This document shows, in pieces, positions 41,626-50,238 of a stretch of DNA of 64,000 nucleotides; the stretch's first letter is position 1, and the number at the start of each line of letters is the position of its first letter. The stretch lies in the NCBI GenBank assembly GCA_039936175.1, contig JBDTIV010000017.1, positions 4,058 to 68,057 of the forward strand. The letters run 5' to 3'. The DNA is from Gemmatimonadaceae bacterium (lineage in GTDB: Bacteria; Gemmatimonadota; Gemmatimonadetes; Gemmatimonadales; Gemmatimonadaceae). Made by a program: the position numbers and the translations under genes. The notes under the pieces are model-generated. The model searched no databases. It had not been told where the DNA came from and saw only the letters and a list, made by a program, of their open reading frames with translations.

Positions 41626-42398
41626 TGGAGCCGACTTTCCGCGTTCTCATCGTAGACGACGAGCCGCTCGCAAGGCAGCGTCTCGTCACACTCCTCACGC
41701 GTGTGCCCGGCATTGAGATCGTCGGCGAGTGTCAGAACGGGCTGGAGGCCGTGGCGTCGATCAAGGCGCAGCAGCCCGATCTTGTCTTCCTCGACGTCCA
41801 GATGCCGGAGCTGGATGGCTTCGACGTGATCACCGAGGTCGGCACGGACAAGATGCCGCCCGTGATCTTCGTCACGGCGTTCGACGACTACGCCGTATCC
41901 GCGTTCGAGTTCGGCGCATTTGATTACCTGTTGAAGCCGGTGGATCACGTCCGCTTCCACCAGACTCTCGATCGCGCCAAAAAGCGCCTCAAGGAGTCCG
42001 GAAGCCCAAGCGTGTCAACGCAGCTCAGCGCGCTTCTCAAGTACATCGATGCGCTCGACACCCCGAAAAACCGGATCGGCGTGAAGGTGAACGGCAAGAT
42101 TCTCTTTCTCGACCCGGACGAGATTTTCTGGATTCAGGCACGCGACGACCTTGCGCGAATTCACCTGGCCGAGGTGGCGTACGATGTCCGCGAGCCGTTG
42201 AGCCGGCTCGAGGCGCGACTCCCACACAATCGGTTTCTGCGTGTGCATCGATCGACGATCGTGAACACGGCACAGGTCCGCGAAGCGCAGCCCTTCGACC
42301 AGGGCGACCAGCTACTCATTCTCCGCAACGGCAAGCGCATCACGACGGGGCGAAGCTACAGGAAAGCGGTGCAGGACTTTCTCAAGCGGGCGACCTGA
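41622..42398 (+). CDS. LytTR-family response regulator
   Basis: IVDDEPLAR, FLDVQMP, FVTAFD, DYLLKP, FLRVHRSTIVN; overlaps the kinase stop. Confidence 0.95.
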   Translation: MMEPTFRVLIVDDEPLARQRLVTLLTRVPGIEIVGECQNGLEAVASIKAQQPDLVFLDVQMPELDGFDVITEVGTDKMPPVIFVTAFDDYAVSAFEFGAFDYLLKPVDHVRFHQTLDRAKKRLKESGSPSVSTQLSALLKYIDALDTPKNRIGVKVNGKILFLDPDEIFWIQARDDLARIHLAEVAYDVREPLSRLEARLPHNRFLRVHRSTIVNTAQVREAQPFDQGDQLLILRNGKRITTGRSYRKAVQDFLKRAT

Positions 42399-42432
42399 GC
42401 TGCTCCGCGCAGGCGAAGACGCAGTTACAGCG

Positions 42433-45246
42433 TTAGCGCTGTCCCGCCCGAAGCGAACGGATCGCCGCGCCGAGCTGGTCGATCTCACGTCCGTACTCGG
42501 CCCAGTTGCCGGCGCGCTGCGCGGCGATGGCGCGGTCGTAATGGGTTTGAGCTTGTCGCAGCAGCTCCGCGGTCGCAACTGAAACCCCGGGTTGCATGGT
42601 TGGGGGCGGCGTTGCACCGCCAACCGCGCCGGGTTCAACGCCCAGCGTGCTGAGCGAATCCTGAATGCTCGTTTGCGTCTGAGCAGCCGCACCGGAGCCG
42701 AACAATGCATTCAGCCCTTCCTCGAGAGTCTCGCCCATCACAACCCTGTTCTCGTGGGCGACTACGACGCGCTTCAGCTCTGGAATACTTCCGCCCTCGG
42801 CGCGCAGATAGATCGGCTGCACATATATGAGCGATTCCTCGATGGGAATCACCAGCAGCTCGCCACGAATGACCTCCGAGCCGCGCTGATCCCAGAGCGT
42901 CAGCTGACGCGAGATGTCCGTGTCCTGATTGATGCGATTGGCTATCTGCTTGGGACCATAGACGAGGCTCTGCTTCGGGAAGCGGTATACGGAAAGCTTG
43001 CCGTAATTATCGCCGTCCATGCGGGCCACCATCCACGCCGCGAGATTGTCCTTTCCGCGCGGCGTGAAGGGCGTCATGAAGATGAACTCCGGATTCTTTT
43101 CACCCGGCAGCTTCATGATCATGTGCCGCATGAAAGGATTTTCATTAGTGCCCTTCACGAGAGCGCCGGGAATCTGCCATTGATCCTCGCGATGATAAAA
43201 GCTCTCGGGTTGAACCATATGGTACGTAGCGTGGAGCGCCGCCTGGAGCCGAAAGAGATCGCCGGGGTACCGGAGGTGACGTCTGAGATCGGAAGGCATC
43301 GAGCTGATCGGCTTGAAAATCGCACCGAAGATTCTTGCGTACGTCCGGATTACCGGATCGCTGGGCTCAGCGATGTACGCATCCACCGTTCCGTCGTAGG
43401 CATCGATCACGACTTTCACGCTGTTGCGCATGTAGTTCGTGCCATCGCTCGTGCGCTGCGAGTACGGGTACATATCGCTGGTCGTGTAGGCGTCGAGAAT
43501 CCATTTGAGCTGACCGGCGTCGTTGACAGTCAGGTATGGATCTTCGTCGAAATCCAGAAAGGGCAGTGCCGTCGTGGCGCGATCCATCACATTTCTATGA
43601 TAGAGGATCCTGGCGGCGTCTCTGATATCGTCCGACAACAGAATCTTGAGAGATCCGAGCTGGAATGCGTAGAGCACACGCCGGAGGAAGGAGCCGATGG
43701 GAACGCCGCCCTTCCCCGTGTACTTCGTGTAGATGTTCGTCTCGCCCTCCGGATAATCGAACTCCTTCTGGGCCGTGCCGACGAACACGTAGTCGTTTGT
43801 CAGCTCGCCATAGTATATCTGCGGTCGCGTCAGCTTGATCGAGATGGTGGATACGGGCGGAAGATCCTTGATGAAGAGGACCGGCAAACCTTCGCTCGTC
43901 ACCTGGTTCACGGGAGCCATCGTGATTCCCATCCCGTGGGTGAACGTCAGGCGCTCGTTGATGAACGTGCGCGTAGGAAGCGACGCCGAGTTCAGCTCGC
44001 GCGCCGCGATGTGAACCTGGCGATAGCGGCCGTCGATCACGTATCGATCGTCATCCACCGACACGAAATCGTAGTAGGTCCGGATCTCCTGGAGCTGGCT
44101 GAACGTCTGCTGCAGCAGCGGGCGCTCCCACAGTCTCACGTTGTCGACGGTCGCGGCGTTCGCTTTGATGTCAGCCATGGTGAGCTGCACTTCGCCTGAT
44201 AGATCGCGCGACTCCACATTGTCGAGCCCCCATGCCTTGCGCGTGGCGGCGATGTGATTGCGCAGGTAGGGAGTTTCACGAGCCAGTTCGTTGGGAGAAA
44301 CGACGAGCTTCTGGTAGGCGGCAGGCACGAGTCCGCGCGCGAGCACGCTCACGACTACGTAAAGCACGGCAGCGGATACCGCTGACCAGATCACCTTTCC
44401 GCGAGCGATCCCCGCAGCAATCCATACCGCCGCGATCAAGGCGGCTATGGCCGTCACGTAAAGCCCGGGCAGCGCCACGCGCACGTCAGTGTAGCTCGAC
44501 CCGAGGAGAGGACCGGTCGTGGAATAGAGAAGACTCGACGTTCCGACTACCCAGTGACGCACGGCCAGCAGCACGAAAAGAATCACGAGCAGCGCGCCGA
44601 TATGGCGGGACGCCCGGGGCTTGGCCGATGCGCGACGTGGTGGAAGAGTGATGTCGTTTCTCATCCAATACATCCCTGTGACGGCGACGGTGGACAGAAA
44701 CGTCAGGGTGATCAGCGTGCTGAGCACTCCGGAAATCAACGGCAGCGAGAACAGGTAGAAGGAGATGTCGCGTCCGAACAACGGATCGCGCACACCGACG
44801 GCCACTCCGTTGAATCCCTTCAGGAATGTCATCCACGACGCGGACGCGGATAGCGCGGTGAAGAAAGCCAGCAGCAATGCCGCGGGCAGGAAAAGCTTCG
44901 TAAGCGTTCGCGAGAGATCGACGGTGACACCGTCGCCGCGATTTACGTAGAGAACCGGGAAGCCGGTCCCGGCGCCGCGCGCTATCCTCACGTTGCCGTA
45001 GAAATATCCGAAAGCGACCACGCCTCCGAGAAGGAACAGCACCACGCGCCAGAGGAGCGAAGTGGTAAAGACCGAAAGAAATCCGACTTCGCCATACCAC
45101 AGCCAGTCGGTAGCGAAGCTCGCGAGCCACGGGACGATGACGAGGGCGACGAACACTGCCGCGATGATCCACAGCACGACGCGACGGAATGCGCGCGGCA
45201 ACGGGGGAAGACGTGCCGGCCCGGGACGCTCGAATGGAGAGGTCAT
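42433..45246 (-). CDS. UPF0182 family membrane protein
   Basis: TDWLWY, DPLFGRDISFYLFSLP, SYTDV, VSPNE, NVRLW, DRY, THG, YMRNSVKVVIDAYDG, HLRYP, YVQPIY, PELKRV; ATG 45246. Confidence 0.93.
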   Translation of the reverse strand: MTSPFERPGPARLPPLPRAFRRVVLWIIAAVFVALVIVPWLASFATDWLWYGEVGFLSVFTTSLLWRVVLFLLGGVVAFGYFYGNVRIARGAGTGFPVLYVNRGDGVTVDLSRTLTKLFLPAALLLAFFTALSASASWMTFLKGFNGVAVGVRDPLFGRDISFYLFSLPLISGVLSTLITLTFLSTVAVTGMYWMRNDITLPPRRASAKPRASRHIGALLVILFVLLAVRHWVVGTSSLLYSTTGPLLGSSYTDVRVALPGLYVTAIAALIAAVWIAAGIARGKVIWSAVSAAVLYVVVSVLARGLVPAAYQKLVVSPNELARETPYLRNHIAATRKAWGLDNVESRDLSGEVQLTMADIKANAATVDNVRLWERPLLQQTFSQLQEIRTYYDFVSVDDDRYVIDGRYRQVHIAARELNSASLPTRTFINERLTFTHGMGITMAPVNQVTSEGLPVLFIKDLPPVSTISIKLTRPQIYYGELTNDYVFVGTAQKEFDYPEGETNIYTKYTGKGGVPIGSFLRRVLYAFQLGSLKILLSDDIRDAARILYHRNVMDRATTALPFLDFDEDPYLTVNDAGQLKWILDAYTTSDMYPYSQRTSDGTNYMRNSVKVVIDAYDGTVDAYIAEPSDPVIRTYARIFGAIFKPISSMPSDLRRHLRYPGDLFRLQAALHATYHMVQPESFYHREDQWQIPGALVKGTNENPFMRHMIMKLPGEKNPEFIFMTPFTPRGKDNLAAWMVARMDGDNYGKLSVYRFPKQSLVYGPKQIANRINQDTDISRQLTLWDQRGSEVIRGELLVIPIEESLIYVQPIYLRAEGGSIPELKRVVVAHENRVVMGETLEEGLNALFGSGAAAQTQTSIQDSLSTLGVEPGAVGGATPPPTMQPGVSVATAELLRQAQTHYDRAIAAQRAGNWAEYGREIDQLGAAIRSLRAGQR

Positions 45247-45368
45247 GTGGGAATGAAAATGCAACCTGAACTGCGCGGGTGCCAACTTTCGTCGACGCCG
45301 AGCCTTGGCGGTACGCGGCCGCGAGAGAATCGCACGGGGTAAAGGGTCGCGCGGCTCCCTGAAACGTC

Positions 45369-45395
45369 AAAGGGCATCCACTGGATGCCCTTTTT
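45369..45395. terminator. intrinsic terminator (possibly bidirectional)
   Basis: AAAGGGCATCC-ACT-GGATGCCCTTTTT; T5 tract on the + strand, T3 on the - strand. Confidence 0.65.
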
Positions 45396-45432
45396 CTAAG
45401 CGCCCTTCTGCGTGCCGCTCAAAAAGCGGATC

Positions 45433-45750
45433 TTAGGAGCGCGGCGCCGCCGGCTGCTTCGTGGTGATGATCACGACGCCATAAGAAGCATCGGGTCCGT
45501 ACTCTCTGAGAGCGGCGTGTCCCTTGAGAACCTGCACTTTGGCAACCTGCTCGGAGGTCAGCGCGGGAATCTGATCTTTCGGGAAACGAACCCCATCGAC
45601 CACGAACAGCAGAGGAACCTGCTGCGCCGCCGGTGCAATGGCGCTGGCAAAAGTGTGCGCCGACTTCTGCGGGGCGAGCACACGCTCGGGTGTGCAGGCG
45701 GCTGCGGTCGTGAAGAGAGCGAGTGCTGTGAGTAAACGGATGCCTTTCAT
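45433..45750 (-). CDS. small lipoprotein consisting of a stand-alone TonB-dependent-receptor plug-like domain
   Basis: Lipobox TAAAC; PLLFVVDG...VAKVQVLKGHAALREYGPDASYGVVIITTK matches the SusC-type plug signature; GGGG upstream as possible RBS. Confidence 0.75.
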   Translation of the reverse strand: MKGIRLLTALALFTTAAACTPERVLAPQKSAHTFASAIAPAAQQVPLLFVVDGVRFPKDQIPALTSEQVAKVQVLKGHAALREYGPDASYGVVIITTKQPAAPRS

Positions 45751-45785
45751 TTTTCCCCCGGAGAAGCGGCAACAAGCTCATGTGT

Positions 45786-45801
45786 AGCATTGCGCGTGCC
45801 A
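45786..45801 (-). promoter_or_regulatory. sigma54 (-24/-12) promoter
   Basis: Minus strand TGGCACGCGCAATGCT differs from TGGCACGNNNNTTGCW at one position; about 35 nt upstream of the plug-lipoprotein ATG. Confidence 0.6.
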
Positions 45802-45843
45802 GCTTCCCAACCCCCGAATAATGGCCCTAAGCTCAGCAGTAAG

Positions 45844-47091
45844 CTAGTGCCGAGGGTTCCAGGTCCCCTTTGCCACGTCCGAAACGAAGGAATCAAGCCC
45901 GTCCGGCGGGAAGGTAAGCGTCTGCCCCCGTTGGGCGCTCATATAGGCGGCCATCAGGATCTGAACGACTTCCACCCCATCCTGGAAAGTGAGCATCGGC
46001 TTCTCATCGCGAAGAAATGCGCGAGCCATGTGCCGGTTCTCCGCCGTGTAGCCGTACACGGAAGCCTCATCCGCCACGACCGGCATCAGCCCCATCTCCG
46101 CATTCTGCTTCTCGACCAGGTCCTCACCCGCTTTGCCCCGCACCTCTCTGCTGAAGAACATCTTGAGGCTGCTGTCGAGCGTGTTCCATGAAAGCGAGTA
46201 CTCGGGCCCCAATAGCTCTGCTGACAGTCGCAGCCCTGCTCCGACAAAGCTCCACGACGTGGTGACTTCTCCCACCAACGGATCTCCCTCCTCCGACTCG
46301 TACTCGATCGTCGCGCGCGCAAAGTCTTCGGACGGCCGCTTCGTGTAATCAACTTCCTTCCCCATCGCGGCGGACAGGCGCTTCGCGTATTCGGGACGGC
46401 TCCACTTGAGCGATGCGATATGGGCGCTGATTCGCACCGGCTTGATGGATGATCGCGGCGCGCCGGGCTTGGTGAGCAGGTGTCGCACTACCTCGACAGA
46501 GTGGCACATCATGTCGTTGAGCACCCCGCCGCCCTGCATGGCACCCTGCCAGAACCATGGCATGTGGGGTCCGCTGTGCTCTTCGGCCGCGCGCGCCAGG
46601 TAGGGACGTCCGGTGAGCGCCGCCCCGCGTGACCATACGAGTTCTCTGCCGCGCGTGATGTCGGGGGCAAAGAGCTGGTTTTCCAGATACCCCGTATTCA
46701 GTCCGACGCTGGCGACGAGCGCTGCCACTTTTTTCGCCTCGGCGACGTTTCGCGCGAGGGGTTTTTCGCAGGCGAGCCCGCGAAGCGTTCCGGCACCGCT
46801 CTTTATCGCAGCGACGATTTCTTCGATGTTGGCAACACGAGCCTGGTTCGGACCGCACAACCACAACGCATTAATTGCGGGGTCGCTAACCATGTCGCGG
46901 ATCGACTTGTATGGACGCGCCTCGCCGACGTCGTGTTCGCGCGCCAGCGCCGCGGTCGAAGCCGCGTTCGCCTCATTTGGGCTCCAGACACCGCGCACAT
47001 CAGCATCGCGGACGCCGGTAAAAGACTGAACGTGAAAACGGGCGTTGAACCCGCTGCCTACGAAGCCAATGCCGAGGCGCTCGCCGCTCAT
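45844..47091 (-). CDS. Gfo/Idh/MocA family NAD(P)-dependent oxidoreductase (no export signal)
   Basis: GFVGSGFNARFH, CEKPLAR, GGGVLNDMMCH. Confidence 0.9.
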   Translation of the reverse strand: MSGERLGIGFVGSGFNARFHVQSFTGVRDADVRGVWSPNEANAASTAALAREHDVGEARPYKSIRDMVSDPAINALWLCGPNQARVANIEEIVAAIKSGAGTLRGLACEKPLARNVAEAKKVAALVASVGLNTGYLENQLFAPDITRGRELVWSRGAALTGRPYLARAAEEHSGPHMPWFWQGAMQGGGVLNDMMCHSVEVVRHLLTKPGAPRSSIKPVRISAHIASLKWSRPEYAKRLSAAMGKEVDYTKRPSEDFARATIEYESEEGDPLVGEVTTSWSFVGAGLRLSAELLGPEYSLSWNTLDSSLKMFFSREVRGKAGEDLVEKQNAEMGLMPVVADEASVYGYTAENRHMARAFLRDEKPMLTFQDGVEVVQILMAAYMSAQRGQTLTFPPDGLDSFVSDVAKGTWNPRH

Positions 47092-47124
47092 TTCATTCTC
47101 CGCAGAATGGTGGAATCAAGCAGG

Positions 47125-47835
47125 TTATGGAGGGGTGAGTCGATTGTTTTTTGGATCGAACTTCGCGTAGGTGACGCCGAGCTTGGCCAGCGCCTCGGGC
47201 GGGCAGCCGTTCCAGTTGGGATTGAAGGTGCTACCGATGTACCGCAGATCCTTGACGCCCATTCGGCTCGACCAGAATCCCGACGATGTGAGATCGCGGA
47301 AGCTGTTGAAGAACTCCACGCCATCGGACATCGCCGCCGGCGCGCGCGCGGGCCATGCGATGTCGTTCAGGATTTGCACCCGCTGCTGCCCGGTTGCCGT
47401 TGCGAACGGCTTTCCGAATCTCGTCGTCGATTGTGAATCGAGCCACGCCAGACCAGTGCGCATCCATTTCTGGTTGTTCGGCCTGTCGATCATCATGAAG
47501 TCCATGAACTCCGGCACGCCTGCGTCGGTCGCGCTCCCTGACCGATCATCGCGCGGAATGATCATGTCGGCGAGGATTCCGGCAGTGCGGAATTCGGCCT
47601 CGGTGAAGAACTTCGGCGCGAACATCTCACCCTCGGCGGCCATCGCGCGGGAATCGTCGACGAATCGCCACGCTTTCTCGTAGTCGCCTCGCGGTATTTT
47701 GAGGACCGCCGCGAACGACAGCGACGCAAGCATTTGCACGGCGTCGCGCCGGGTCATTTCATTCTCGGCTGGCCCACCAGTCGGCGCGCTCGAATCCGCG
47801 GGCTCGATCTCAGGCCTTTCGTATTCGTCTGACAT
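47125..47835 (-). CDS. gluconate 2-dehydrogenase subunit 3-like partner of a GMC flavoprotein
   Basis: ATG 47835 overlaps the GMC stop; Tat-like TRRDAV, ADMIIPRDD, ATDAGVPEFMD, GFWSSRMGVKDLRYIG. Confidence 0.88.
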   Translation of the reverse strand: MSDEYERPEIEPADSSAPTGGPAENEMTRRDAVQMLASLSFAAVLKIPRGDYEKAWRFVDDSRAMAAEGEMFAPKFFTEAEFRTAGILADMIIPRDDRSGSATDAGVPEFMDFMMIDRPNNQKWMRTGLAWLDSQSTTRFGKPFATATGQQRVQILNDIAWPARAPAAMSDGVEFFNSFRDLTSSGFWSSRMGVKDLRYIGSTFNPNWNGCPPEALAKLGVTYAKFDPKNNRLTPP

Positions 47836-49535
47836 CAGAGTGACCCCCGCTTCCGTTCCTGTGCGATGTATTCGCTCGTGCGCATGGAGAGCGCGAGGAT
47901 GGTCCAGGTGGGATTCTTGTCCGCCTGCGAGACGAACGGGCCTCCATCGGCGACGAAGAGATTCTTCACGTCGTGTGCGCGGCAATTCGGATCGACCACG
48001 GATTTCGTGGGATCGGTGCCCATTCGCACGGTGCCCAGTTCGTGAATGATGGAGCCGCCGGTGGCGATGCCGTAGCCCTTGTCTTTGGGAGGCATCGCAT
48101 CCGACACCTTGCCGCCCATCTGGTCGATGAGAGCGCGGAAGGTCTCCTGCATGTGACGCACCTGATTGTACTCGTAGTCGCTCCACTCCCAGTGAAATCT
48201 CAGCACCGGAATGCCGTACTTGTCCTTCACTACCGGATCCAGCTCGCAGTAGCTCTTGTCGTTGGGAATCATCTCCCCGCGGCCGGCGAAGTACACGTTC
48301 GCGCCATAGTAGCGGCGATAGTCGTTCTTCAGTGCCTTTCCGTACCCGCCGCCCGACGGATATTCCTGGATGCCACCGAGAAATCCGTAAGAGGGTGGCT
48401 CGAGGCCGCCGCCGACTTCGATGTGGTACCCGCGCGGGAAGCCGAGCTTCTTGTTGTCGCCCCACCACGGCATGTAGATGTGATTTCCGCCCACGCCGTC
48501 TTCGTTGTGCGGCACGTGATCCGCCATTTTGGGAATGAATCCGCCAACGCCGGTTCCCGTCGTGTCCGTGAGATATTTACCGACTACGCCGCTCGAATTC
48601 GCGAGTCCATTCGGGAATTTCGGCGATTTGGAATTGAGGAGCAGCCGGGCCGACTCGCACGCGCTCGCCGCGAGTACGACGACACTCGCGTTGGCGTGAT
48701 TTTCCCTACCCGTCTTCGTATCGATGTAAGAGACGCCGCTCGCGAGCCCATGATTGTCGAGAGTGATCTCGTGGGCCATCGCGTTGGTGACGAGCGTCAG
48801 TCTGCCGGTCTTGAGCGCCGGTGCGATCAGAACGTTCGTCGACGAGAAATTCGAGTTCGTAGTGCACCCGCGGCCGCACTGGCCGCAGTAATGGCACGCG
48901 GGCCGGCCGTTATGGTTTCTCGTGATGACAGAGAGGCGCGCGGCAACGCAGGTAACCTTCAGCGCATCGGCGGCATCTTTGACCATCAGCTCGTAGCAGC
49001 GCGGCTTCGGCGGTGGGAGAAAATATCCTCCGGGATGATTGGGGAGGTTGTCATTGTTGCCAAATACCCCGATGAGCTTGTCGATGCGATCATAGTAGGG
49101 CGCGACGTCCTGGTACCCGATCGGCCAGTTGTCCCCGAGTCCGTCGCGACTCTTTGCTTTGAAGTCGTCGGGTCCGAATCGCAACGAAATTCGACCCCAG
49201 TGATTCGTGCGACCGCCAACCATTCGGGCGCGCCACCACATGAAGTCGGTTCCCTCGGCCTTCGTGAAGGGCTCTCCCGCGAGCTCCCAACCCCCGATAC
49301 ACGCGTCGAACTCACCGAACGGTCGATCCCTGGTTGACGCTCCGCGACGCGGCGACTCGTAAGGCATCTTGAGCATCGCCGAATCGCGAGTGTTGTCCCA
49401 TGGACCGCCAGCCTCAAGGAGGAGCACGTTGGCTCCCGCGCGCGTGAGGACGTACGCGGCCATTCCACCGCCGGCACCCGAGCCCACAATACAAACGTCA
49501 TAGGTCTTGCGCTGCGGTTGGAGCACGAAAGTCAT
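47835..49535 (-). CDS. GMC-family FAD oxidoreductase (glucoside 3-dehydrogenase-like catalytic subunit)
   Basis: IVGSGAGGG, GGRTNHWGR, CHYCGQCGRGC, IHELGTVRMG, KNPTWTILAL. Confidence 0.92.
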   Translation of the reverse strand: MTFVLQPQRKTYDVCIVGSGAGGGMAAYVLTRAGANVLLLEAGGPWDNTRDSAMLKMPYESPRRGASTRDRPFGEFDACIGGWELAGEPFTKAEGTDFMWWRARMVGGRTNHWGRISLRFGPDDFKAKSRDGLGDNWPIGYQDVAPYYDRIDKLIGVFGNNDNLPNHPGGYFLPPPKPRCYELMVKDAADALKVTCVAARLSVITRNHNGRPACHYCGQCGRGCTTNSNFSSTNVLIAPALKTGRLTLVTNAMAHEITLDNHGLASGVSYIDTKTGRENHANASVVVLAASACESARLLLNSKSPKFPNGLANSSGVVGKYLTDTTGTGVGGFIPKMADHVPHNEDGVGGNHIYMPWWGDNKKLGFPRGYHIEVGGGLEPPSYGFLGGIQEYPSGGGYGKALKNDYRRYYGANVYFAGRGEMIPNDKSYCELDPVVKDKYGIPVLRFHWEWSDYEYNQVRHMQETFRALIDQMGGKVSDAMPPKDKGYGIATGGSIIHELGTVRMGTDPTKSVVDPNCRAHDVKNLFVADGGPFVSQADKNPTWTILALSMRTSEYIAQERKRGSL

Positions 49536-49709
49536 CGCCTACCTGCCGTTGAGGACACGAGAAAGTAAGGCCGCCGGGGCGACGCCACTAGTACGAGGTA
49601 ACGTCATCTTTGTGTGCAGTCTTCGACCGGTTTTCTGGGGTCAATAAGGGGCATGGGGGATAATCATCAAACGTGACTTGAGGGGTCGGGAGAGAGTCTT
49701 ACTACCGTA

Positions 49710-50237
49710 GTGAACCCTTCACGTCCAACCCCCTCGCGCGTGCCAATGCCGTTGACAACCTTCAGCGCGAATCAGTATCGCATCGAGACGACGCGTAAAG
49801 CCGTCATCCTGACGATGCTGGGCGGTGAGGAGGTCAGGGGAAGCGTGTTCATCCATTTCTCCTCATATCGGCCCTTCGAGCTCGAGGACGTTTCGGAGCT
49901 GTTCAACTCCGAATCGCCCTTTTTTCCGTTGGAGCTCGAAACCGAAGAGGTAATTCTCGTTTCCAAGGAACGCGTCGCCGAAGTTACCGCGGACAGGCGC
50001 GAGGAAGCATCCGACCTTCCCCCGCGCGGCCTTCCAGTTGCGACTGCTCTCCTTCAGATAGCCCTGGTGGGCGGAGAAGTCCGGCTCGGCTCGATCAAGC
50101 TCGAGGCGCCCCCCGATCGCGCGCGAGTGCTCGACTATCTGAACGCGCTCAAATCGCGCTTTCTGACTCTATATACCTCAAACGATGCCCGGTTGATCAA
50201 TCGTTCTCTGATCGATCGGGTTCGCCCACTGGACTGA
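49710..50237 (+). CDS. hypothetical protein with two similar halves (tentatively DUF6812-like), coupled to pilT
   Basis: Repeated pattern G.V....R..D.LN....F..L...LINR; ends 1 nt before the pilT ATG; may start at ATG 49746. Confidence 0.65.
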   Translation: MNPSRPTPSRVPMPLTTFSANQYRIETTRKAVILTMLGGEEVRGSVFIHFSSYRPFELEDVSELFNSESPFFPLELETEEVILVSKERVAEVTADRREEASDLPPRGLPVATALLQIALVGGEVRLGSIKLEAPPDRARVLDYLNALKSRFLTLYTSNDARLINRSLIDRVRPLD

Positions 50238-50238
50238 A

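Noticed and set aside
45270-45285. TGGCAC words as additional sigma54 promoters (also near 1285, 40201 and 54335)
   Set aside because: They lack the GC at the -12 position with GG-N10-GC spacing.
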